Shown: positions 8,643 to 15,411 of the stretch, piece by piece | How the letters are laid out: each line of letters begins with the position of its first letter | How positions within the stretch are numbered: position 1 is the stretch's first letter | Source of the DNA: an uncultured Alphaproteobacteria bacterium | GTDB taxonomy: Bacteria > Pseudomonadota > Alphaproteobacteria > Micropepsales > Micropepsaceae | DNA: 32,000 nt | NCBI GenBank assembly: GCA_963825895.1 | Contig: CAWGUP010000002.1 | Location: 532,564 to 564,563 of the forward strand | Direction of reading: 5' to 3' | Program-made: the position numbers and the translations under genes | The notes under the pieces: generated by a model | Told to the model about the DNA's origin: nothing | Databases searched by the model: none | The model's input: only the letters and a program-made list of their open reading frames with translations

Positions 8643-10508
8643 ATGCAACCGAGCGAAACGACCGAGAAGGAGGGGCCCCCCCGGCCCGCGCTGGTGCTGC
8701 GTTTTGGCATCAGCGGCCACCGCACACTGGGCGAGGAGGCGGGGCTGCGGGTGCACAAAGTGCTGACGGCACTGTTCACCGATGCACGTGACACGCTGGG
8801 GCACCTGCAATCGGGCCATCACCAGACCTTCTGCGGCAACGCTGCCGCCTTGCGGCTGATCTCGCCACTCGCCGAAGGCTCGGATCGACTTGCCGCGCAG
8901 GCAGCCCTCGATTGCGGTTTCGCGCTCGATTGCCCGCTTCCTTTCGCACGTGAACTCTACGAAGCCGATTTCAAGGCCGAGGCTTCGCGCAAGGCGTTCC
9001 ACCAATTGCTTGCCCGCGCGAAGAACGTATTCGAACTCGAGGAAACGCGCGGGGTCGACGACACCCGCGCCTACGAAGCCGTAGGTCTGATGACCTTACG
9101 CCAATGCGACATCCTGATCGCGGTTTGGAATGGGCTGCCCGCCGAAGGTCGCGGCGGCACCGCCGAGATCGTCTCGCACGCCATCGAGTCCAACATTCCG
9201 GTGATCTGGATCCATTCCGACAACAAGGACGCGCCGCCGAAATTGCTGCGTCCAGAGCCGCTTGGCTCGCGCGATCCATTGCAGATGCCGAGCGAAGAAC
9301 TGAGCGCTGAGGTGTTACGCGACTTGTTGTGCACGATGGTGTTGCCGCCGCATGATCCCAGCAAGCGAGTGCACAGGCCGCCCTCGAAGCGGTTGCGCGC
9401 CTATTGGGACGAGCGCCAGACCAAGTTCACTTTCTCCGTCTTCTATGCACTGTTGCAGATGATGCTGTTCGTGCGCTGGCCGCGCTTGGCTGATTTGCGC
9501 GTTCCAAACTATCTGGTGTCGGCCAACACACAATGGCGGACTTATTGGCAATTGCTGCCGCCGATTTCAGGCCCATCGCGCGAAAAGCTCGCCACTGTTT
9601 TGGAACCTGCCTTCGGTTGGGCCGATGGGCTGGCATCCTATTATGTGCGCGTTTATCGCAGCTCCTATGTGCTGAGTTTCGCGCTGGCGGCGGGCGCCGT
9701 ATTCGTGTCGCTGCTGGGTTTGTGGCACGGGGTGGCGCATAAGTGGTTGATAGTGATCGAATTGATCATGATGTGGAGCGTGGTCGTGATCGTATGGAAC
9801 GGCATGACGCGCAGTTGGCATGATCGCTGGATCGACTATCGCCATCTTGCCGAACTCCTGCGTCACATGCGGGTACTGACCTTGACCGGCTCGAGCACGT
9901 TCGAAATCCGCGATACGATACATAGCGAAGAAAGCAGTGGCGATTCGGGCGCGGCCTGGGTGAACTGGTATTATCGCGCCGTGGTGCGCGATATCGGCAT
10001 GGTGGGCGTGCGTGCCGACCCGGCCTATGCCGTCGCTGTGGCCCAACTCGTGCAGAAAACCGAATTGCGCGAACAGGTGCTTTATCATCGCGGCGTCGGC
10101 GAGGTTTCGCAGAAACTCGATCACAGGCTCGATAGGTGGGGCGTCATATTGTTCGGCCTGACTGCGGCTGTGTGCACCGTTTTCACTGGAGGCATATTTT
10201 TCCTCCACTGGAAATTCGAGAACTACGGAACGGCGGAAATCTTCTTTACCGCGCTCCTACCTGCCTTGGGGGCGGCGTTCTACGGCATCCGTGTGCAAGG
10301 TGAATTCGGGCGCATCGCCCAACGCGCAAGGCACATGGACGAACAGCTTTCGCAGGTTTCGGCAGCCCTGCGAAACGATCTGGCAAAGGGTGCGATGACG
10401 CTTTCGCGCGTGTCGTCGCTCACCGAAAGCGCGACCCACGCTATGGCGCTCGACGTCACCGACTGGCGTTTCGTATTCCGCGAAAAGCCACTTACATTGC
10501 CCACCTGA
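8643..10508 (+). CDS. SLOG-like (LOG/DprA-type Rossmannoid) nucleotide-sensor domain fused to two SLATT/DUF4231-like 2TM units; predicted membrane effector
   Basis: The start is set at the ATG at 8643 (MQPSETTEKEG...), clear of the divergent exonuclease gene. The N-terminal domain (about 8691-9215) has three matching elements:
- beta1 plus a Gly loop, LVLRFGISGHR;
- ISPLAEGSDRLAAQAAL, which resembles the DprA/SLOG pattern G.A.G.D..A...AL;
- DILIAVWNGLPAEGRGGTAEIVSHAIESNIPVIWI, which resembles the LOG pattern PGGxGTxEE.
TM pair 1 (about 9660-9803) is followed by WHDRWIDYRHLAELLRH. TM pair 2 (about 10137-10292) is followed by a long helix, GEFGRIAQRARHMDEQLSQV. A 2TM unit followed by a helix is the SLATT pattern. 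The domain call rests on motif recall, not on an HMM search. Confidence 0.65.
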   Translation: MQPSETTEKEGPPRPALVLRFGISGHRTLGEEAGLRVHKVLTALFTDARDTLGHLQSGHHQTFCGNAAALRLISPLAEGSDRLAAQAALDCGFALDCPLPFARELYEADFKAEASRKAFHQLLARAKNVFELEETRGVDDTRAYEAVGLMTLRQCDILIAVWNGLPAEGRGGTAEIVSHAIESNIPVIWIHSDNKDAPPKLLRPEPLGSRDPLQMPSEELSAEVLRDLLCTMVLPPHDPSKRVHRPPSKRLRAYWDERQTKFTFSVFYALLQMMLFVRWPRLADLRVPNYLVSANTQWRTYWQLLPPISGPSREKLATVLEPAFGWADGLASYYVRVYRSSYVLSFALAAGAVFVSLLGLWHGVAHKWLIVIELIMMWSVVVIVWNGMTRSWHDRWIDYRHLAELLRHMRVLTLTGSSTFEIRDTIHSEESSGDSGAAWVNWYYRAVVRDIGMVGVRADPAYAVAVAQLVQKTELREQVLYHRGVGEVSQKLDHRLDRWGVILFGLTAAVCTVFTGGIFFLHWKFENYGTAEIFFTALLPALGAAFYGIRVQGEFGRIAQRARHMDEQLSQVSAALRNDLAKGAMTLSRVSSLTESATHAMALDVTDWRFVFREKPLTLPT

Positions 10509-10510
10509 CC

Positions 10511-12508
10511 ATGCCGATCACGCTTTTCCGCTCCCGGGACTGGTTCGTCATCGCGCCGCTGGCGCTGGCCGGGCTGGTGCTCGGCTTCTGGGGCTTTGAG
10601 ATCTGTGCCGGGCGATGCCTTGTCACCTCGCCGCTGGGCGCCTTCGTCAAAACTGTCGGGCTCATCAAAGCCACAGGCAATTTCACGCTCGGCAAGGACC
10701 CGTGGCAGCTCGTCATCGCGCAATTTCTGTTGCCGCTGTCGGCGCTGGCCGGCGGCATTAAGCTGGTGCTGCAGAATCTACGCCGCGACATGCGCGTGGC
10801 CTTGGCGCGCAGTGCGCGCGGGCATGTGATCGTCTGCGGTCTGGGCGACACCGGTCGGCAGGTCGTCGAAAGCCTGCGCAACGAAGGCGAGCACGCCGTG
10901 GCCATCACGCTCGACAATGACAGCCCGAACGCTCTTGCCTGCGAAGCGCGCGGTGTGGCGATTCTCAAAGGCGATGCCGTACAGCCCAACATGCTGAAAC
11001 TCGCAGGCCTTGCCCACGCCAAAGCGCTGGTGCTCGCCTGCGGCTCGGACGGCACCAACATCGAGATCGGCCTGCGCGCGCGCGAATTCCTCGACAAGCT
11101 GCCAAAGCGCCGCGATCCACTCACGATCCTGCCTGAACTGCGCAACGAATGGCTCTACGACGAAGTGCTCACCCACCGCGCCGCAGCGCTGGGATCGCGC
11201 GTCGCAGAATTCCGCCTGTTCAATCTCAACGCCAACGCCGCGCGGCTACTGCTGCGCGCGCCAGCCTTCCGCGCACGCAGTGCGCCGGCCGATCGGCCGC
11301 ATCTTGCCATTGCCGGATTCGGACAAATGGCGTCCGAGCTTCTGTTGCAGGCCGCGCGCGACAATTTTGCGCTGCCCGGACAGCGGCTTTCGGTGTCGGC
11401 GCTGGACCAGCGCGGCGAGGAAAGCCTTGTCGCGTTCAAAACGCGGTTTCCCGAAATCGCCTCGATGATCGATATTTCCTGTGATGCCTGTTCTTTCGTC
11501 GCAGGAGACGCGAGCGCGTCAGCCGCGGTGGAAAAGTTTCTGGATAACGCCGATCTGCGCGCGGCCATCGTCACTCTGAAAGACGATGATGCGGCACTGC
11601 ACACCGCCATCGCGATGCGAAAGAGCCTGGACCGTAGCGCGCGCTACCGCGTGCCTGTGTTCGTACGGCTGCGCCAGCAACAGAAGCTGGGCGCCTTCAT
11701 GTCGCACATTGAGGGCGATTTGCTTCTGCCTGACCGGTTCTCGCCCTTTGGCAGTCTCGCCGAACTTACCCATCCCGACCGCTTGCTGGGGCAATCGCTT
11801 GATATCCTGGCGCGTGCCGCTCACGACAATTACTTAAAGGACGCACAACCGGGCCAGGCGTCCTCGGTGCCGTGGGAATTGTTGCCGGAGCGGTTCAAGC
11901 AATCCAATCGCGCCTTCACCGATCACATCCAAACCAAGCTCAATGCGCTCGGAATGCGGTTGATCGCGCTGCGCGGCCAACGCATCGCGTTCAGCGATTG
12001 GGAAATCGAAATGTTGGCGCAAATGGAACATTACCGCTGGTGCGTGGCGCAGCGTTCGGCGGGCTGGCGCTATGGGACAGTGCGCAACGACTATTTAAGA
12101 CAGCACCCGCTGCTGGTGGACTGGGCGGCTCTGCCGCAATCGGTCTGCCAGGCCAATCGCGAGATGGTGCGCGGCATTCCGGCCATCGTAGAAATGGCGG
12201 GCCAATCCATCCGCCGCGACCAAGTGTTGGTGGCGAACCCCGATACGCTGGCTGCCCTGGACGCGCTTTTGCCCAGCGAACATGCCGTCATCTTGGTGGA
12301 TGAGACGGATGCCGCCTCATGGGAGATCGCGCGCCAGGCCCATGAACGCTACGGCGCCACTATCCGCCTCGTCTGGCAGGAAGGCCGCCCGCCTCCCGCG
12401 ATCCCCGCCGGAGGCGCCAACATGGCGGGCGCAGTGGAAGGTTGGATCGACGCTGCGGAGCTGGCGTGTCACGAAAGCTCGCTTGCTCAAAGCAGCCGCC
12501 ACTTTTAA
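10511..12508 (+). CDS. Membrane protein: N-terminal 2TM module, TrkA_N/RCK-type NAD-binding Rossmann domain(s), and a RyR (ryanodine receptor repeat) domain
   Basis: 665-aa ORF. Its ATG lies 2 nt after the stop of the preceding gene.
- TM1 spans aa 11-33 and TM2 spans aa 66-88.
- The Rossmann motif GHVIVCGLGDTGRQVVESL ... VAILKGDA ... AKALVLAC matches TrkA_N.
- A second Rossmann-like start, HLAIAGFGQMASELL, follows.
- The RyR signature lies at about 11798-12205: LARAAHDNYLK...WELLPERFKQSNRAFTDHIQTKL and EIEMLAQMEHYRWCVAQRSAGWRYGTVRNDYLRQHPLLVDWAALPQSVCQANREMVRGIP. The family pattern is E.lA...H..W......GW.yG..rd...k.hP.lv.w..Lp...k..dr..v..ip. Confidence 0.8.
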   Translation: MPITLFRSRDWFVIAPLALAGLVLGFWGFEICAGRCLVTSPLGAFVKTVGLIKATGNFTLGKDPWQLVIAQFLLPLSALAGGIKLVLQNLRRDMRVALARSARGHVIVCGLGDTGRQVVESLRNEGEHAVAITLDNDSPNALACEARGVAILKGDAVQPNMLKLAGLAHAKALVLACGSDGTNIEIGLRAREFLDKLPKRRDPLTILPELRNEWLYDEVLTHRAAALGSRVAEFRLFNLNANAARLLLRAPAFRARSAPADRPHLAIAGFGQMASELLLQAARDNFALPGQRLSVSALDQRGEESLVAFKTRFPEIASMIDISCDACSFVAGDASASAAVEKFLDNADLRAAIVTLKDDDAALHTAIAMRKSLDRSARYRVPVFVRLRQQQKLGAFMSHIEGDLLLPDRFSPFGSLAELTHPDRLLGQSLDILARAAHDNYLKDAQPGQASSVPWELLPERFKQSNRAFTDHIQTKLNALGMRLIALRGQRIAFSDWEIEMLAQMEHYRWCVAQRSAGWRYGTVRNDYLRQHPLLVDWAALPQSVCQANREMVRGIPAIVEMAGQSIRRDQVLVANPDTLAALDALLPSEHAVILVDETDAASWEIARQAHERYGATIRLVWQEGRPPPAIPAGGANMAGAVEGWIDAAELACHESSLAQSSRHF

Positions 12509-12533
12509 CGTGGTGTCACGGGTTGGGGCACTC

Positions 12534-13745
12534 ATGGCGCACGACGTCTTTATTTCCTATTCGTCGAAAGACAAACCGGCGGCGGACGCGACCTGCGCTG
12601 TGCTGGAATCCAAGGGTATACGCTGCTGGATGGCGCCGCGCGACATCACGCCAGGCGCGGACTGGGGTGAATCCATCGTCGAAGCGATCCACGCATCGCG
12701 GGCGATGGTGCTGGTGTTTTCGTCAAACGCCAATCTCTCGCCGCAGATCAAGCGCGAGGTCGAACGCTCGGTCAACAAGGGTATCCCCGTCATTCCACTG
12801 CGCATCGAAAACGTGATGCCGGCAAAGTCACTGGAATACTTTCTCTCAACGCCGCATTGGCTCGATGCCTTTACCCCACCGCTCGAACATCATTTGAATT
12901 ATCTGGCCGACGTCATCCGCCACATCCTAGATGGCCAGCCCCCGCCCCCTCCACCGGTTCCGGTGCTTTCACCACTCCACGGCATCGACCGACGCGTGCT
13001 GATCGGCGGCGGCGTTGGCGGGCTCGTGGTGGTAGGCGTTCTGGGTTGGCTGCTGTTGGGACCGTCGACACCGCCCAGCTTCGTTGGCAAATGGACTGCG
13101 GAAAAAGTGGATGTCAACGCCGATACACCAAGCCCGTTCGGCATGTTCTCGATCAGTACCTTTTTCCGGGCCGCAGTGCAGGGGCAAAAACTCACCGGCA
13201 GTTTCGAAGTCGGCGATCTGGGTCAATATAAATATGTCGGGGCCGGAGACGATACCGGGACCGTGAAGGCGGATGGGCAGAATCGCATCATCATGACCTC
13301 CGACCTCACCCATGAAGCGACTGTTTTTACCTACATCGCGAGCAGTGCGGCGTCGTTTGGCGCCTATGCCGGCTCCCTGGGCGGCAAACCAACCGATGGA
13401 GCCATCGCGCTCAGTTCGTCTGGCGGCGCCCAATCCATGCTGGTCGGCACATCGACGGGCAACCCGGGCGAGGCGATCGGGCCCCTGGTCGGTCACTGGT
13501 ACACGAACACCCCGGCCAATCCTGCCATCGGCGCAGTGAAGACCTCGCTCGATATTGGCCATGATGGACGCTACCACTATCATTTCGAAATTGCCGAAAA
13601 CGGCATGTGGCAGGCCGCCGATGGAAAATGGACGCGCACGCCCCAAGGTGGCATCCCGACCTCGGGAACTTACAAATTTGACGGACGTGACAGTGTTACT
13701 TCCGCCGCCGCAAACGGCGTCACCGTGTGGAAACGCATCGATTAA
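12534..13745 (+). CDS. TIR-domain protein: cytoplasmic N-terminal TIR, Pro-rich linker, single TM helix, extracytoplasmic C-terminal domain of unknown fold
   Basis: The start is set at the ATG at 12534, 25 nt after the previous stop. The track ORF start at 12282 overlaps the upstream gene.
- TIR_2-type motifs are present: MAHDVFISYSSKDKPAADA..., CWMAPRDITPGADWGESIVEAI..SRAMVLVFSSNANLSPQIKREVERSV.KGIPVIPLR.
- The candidate catalytic Glu lies in IKREVE (codon 12756-12758).
- A PPPPPPPVP linker follows.
- The TM helix is VLIGGGVGGLVVVGVLGWLLLG (about 12996-13059).
- The C-terminal domain is about 225 aa and Gly/Thr/Ser-rich, with GKWT...GTYKF strings. Confidence 0.85.
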   Translation: MAHDVFISYSSKDKPAADATCAVLESKGIRCWMAPRDITPGADWGESIVEAIHASRAMVLVFSSNANLSPQIKREVERSVNKGIPVIPLRIENVMPAKSLEYFLSTPHWLDAFTPPLEHHLNYLADVIRHILDGQPPPPPPVPVLSPLHGIDRRVLIGGGVGGLVVVGVLGWLLLGPSTPPSFVGKWTAEKVDVNADTPSPFGMFSISTFFRAAVQGQKLTGSFEVGDLGQYKYVGAGDDTGTVKADGQNRIIMTSDLTHEATVFTYIASSAASFGAYAGSLGGKPTDGAIALSSSGGAQSMLVGTSTGNPGEAIGPLVGHWYTNTPANPAIGAVKTSLDIGHDGRYHYHFEIAENGMWQAADGKWTRTPQGGIPTSGTYKFDGRDSVTSAAANGVTVWKRID

Positions 13746-13837
13746 CGCCATCGCGAACAAGCTTTGGGGGTGACTTTGACTCAGAAACAACGTCAAATGG
13801 CGCCGTGACGGGGTGAGATTCACGAAAGCGAGACGTA

Positions 13838-14881
13838 ATGTCCGTTCGCCCCCGGTTGCTTGCGCTTGAAACTGCTGTTCCGCCTTATGTACTGCACCAA
13901 AAAGACGTCGCCGTCCGTGCTGCCAATCTGTTCCGCGGCCACAAGGACATCGACCGGCTGCTACCCGTATTCGAAAACACCGGAATCGAGAAGCGTTATT
14001 CCTGTGTGCCCATCGACTGGTATGTCGAGCCCCATGGTTGGAAAGATCGTACCCAGCTTTACCTCGAACATGCGCTCGCGCTGTTCGAGAAGATCACCAA
14101 CGACTGTCTGAAAGTAGCCTGCCTCCAGCGCGAAGACATCGGCGCGATCGTCGTGGTGTCCTCCACCGGCATTGCCACGCCGAGTCTCGATGCGTTGCTC
14201 ATGGAACGGATGCAGTTGCGGCGCGATATCGTGCGGCTGCCGATCTTTGGGCTTGGCTGTGCAGGCAGCGTGCTTGGGCTCGCGCGCGCATCAGCGCTTG
14301 CCCGCGCGATGCCGGGCACCAATGTTCTTTTCCTCGTGGTAGAGCTCTGCGCGCTCACTTTCCGCAAGGACGACGTCAGCAAGAGTAACATCGTGGCAAC
14401 CGCCCTGTTCGGCGACGGCGCGGCAGGCGCGATTCTTTCGACCGAGGGCAAAGGGGTGCAAATCGGCGCAACCGGTGAATACACGTGGCCCAATTCGCTC
14501 GACATTATGGGCTGGGAAATCGAGGAGGACGGATTGAAGGCGCGCTTCGCCACCTCCATTCCTTCGCTCGTCGCCAAAGATTTCCGCAGAATCGCCACCA
14601 GCTTTGCGCGCAAGAACGACATCGATCTGACAGACATCGACGCGTTTGCCTGCCATCCCGGCGGCGCGAAGGTGCTCGACGCGTTGGAAGATGCGCTGAC
14701 GCTTGCGCGCGGCGCGCTCGAAGACAGTCGTGCGGTGCTGCGCGACTATGGCAACATGTCGGCGGTAACCGCGATGTTCGTGCTGAAGCGTATCAACGAA
14801 CGCGAGCAGGCCGAGCGTTGCATGATGACAGCGTTGGGACCGGGTTTTTCTTGCGGCTTCGTGATGCTGGAGAGGCGATGA
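13838..14881 (+). CDS. Type III polyketide synthase (chalcone/stilbene synthase superfamily)
   Basis: 347-aa ORF. The active-site Cys context FGLGCAGSVLGL is present. His is present in FACHPGGAKVLDA. The C-terminal GPGFSCGF motif is also present. Length and N-terminus (LLALETAVPPYVLHQKDV) fit bacterial type III PKS. Confidence 0.9.
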   Translation: MSVRPRLLALETAVPPYVLHQKDVAVRAANLFRGHKDIDRLLPVFENTGIEKRYSCVPIDWYVEPHGWKDRTQLYLEHALALFEKITNDCLKVACLQREDIGAIVVVSSTGIATPSLDALLMERMQLRRDIVRLPIFGLGCAGSVLGLARASALARAMPGTNVLFLVVELCALTFRKDDVSKSNIVATALFGDGAAGAILSTEGKGVQIGATGEYTWPNSLDIMGWEIEEDGLKARFATSIPSLVAKDFRRIATSFARKNDIDLTDIDAFACHPGGAKVLDALEDALTLARGALEDSRAVLRDYGNMSAVTAMFVLKRINEREQAERCMMTALGPGFSCGFVMLERR

Positions 14882-15411
14882 GCGCAGCCTACGTTATCAT
14901 TGCGCTTGTCGCGCTTCAGCGACTGGCTGAATTGCCTTATGCCGCGCGCAACACCAAACGCCTACTTGCAAGTGGCGGCATCGAGGCAGGACGCGGCCAC
15001 TACCCGCTCTTCATCGTGTTGCACGCGGGCTGGCTCATCGCCATTATACTGGCGCTGCCGCCTGATCCACCAATCCGTTGGGCCATGCTTGGCGCCTATG
15101 TACTGCTCGAAATCCTGCGGGCCTGGGTTCTTGTGACGTTGGGACCCTATTGGACCACGCGCATCATCACGCTGCCCAATGCCGCGCTGGTCCAAACCGG
15201 ACCCTATCGCTATGTCCGCCACCCGAATTACTGGATCGTGGTTTTTGAGATCGCATTGCTACCGCTGGTGTTCGGCGAGATCGCTGTTGCAGTGGTCTTC
15301 AGCGTTCTGAACGCCGTACTTTTGTTTTGGCGCATTAGGATCGAGAACGCGGCGCTCGCGAACCGGCGGGCCCATCATGCATCGCCGGGCACACTTGTGA
15401 GATCAAGATGA
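14878..15411 (+). CDS. Isoprenylcysteine carboxyl methyltransferase (ICMT)-family membrane methyltransferase
   Basis: The ATG at 14878 overlaps the PKS stop (ATGA). The 177-aa polytopic protein is MSAAYVIIALVALQRLAELPYAARN... and carries the TGPYRYVRHPNYW motif (RHPxY) typical of ICMT/PEMT-type methyltransferases. The track ORF start at 14485 is an out-of-context extension. Confidence 0.85.
   Translation: MSAAYVIIALVALQRLAELPYAARNTKRLLASGGIEAGRGHYPLFIVLHAGWLIAIILALPPDPPIRWAMLGAYVLLEILRAWVLVTLGPYWTTRIITLPNAALVQTGPYRYVRHPNYWIVVFEIALLPLVFGEIAVAVVFSVLNAVLLFWRIRIENAALANRRAHHASPGTLVRSR

Noticed and set aside
9567-13823. Long minus-strand ORFs inside the candidate operon (9567-10208, 10492-11145, 10778-11176, 11155-11610, 12969-13823).
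   Set aside because: All are antisense to the three plus-strand genes, which carry recognisable SLOG/SLATT, TrkA_N/RyR and TIR motifs. Their translations are Arg/Ala/Ser-rich with no motifs, so I treat them as GC-driven shadow ORFs.
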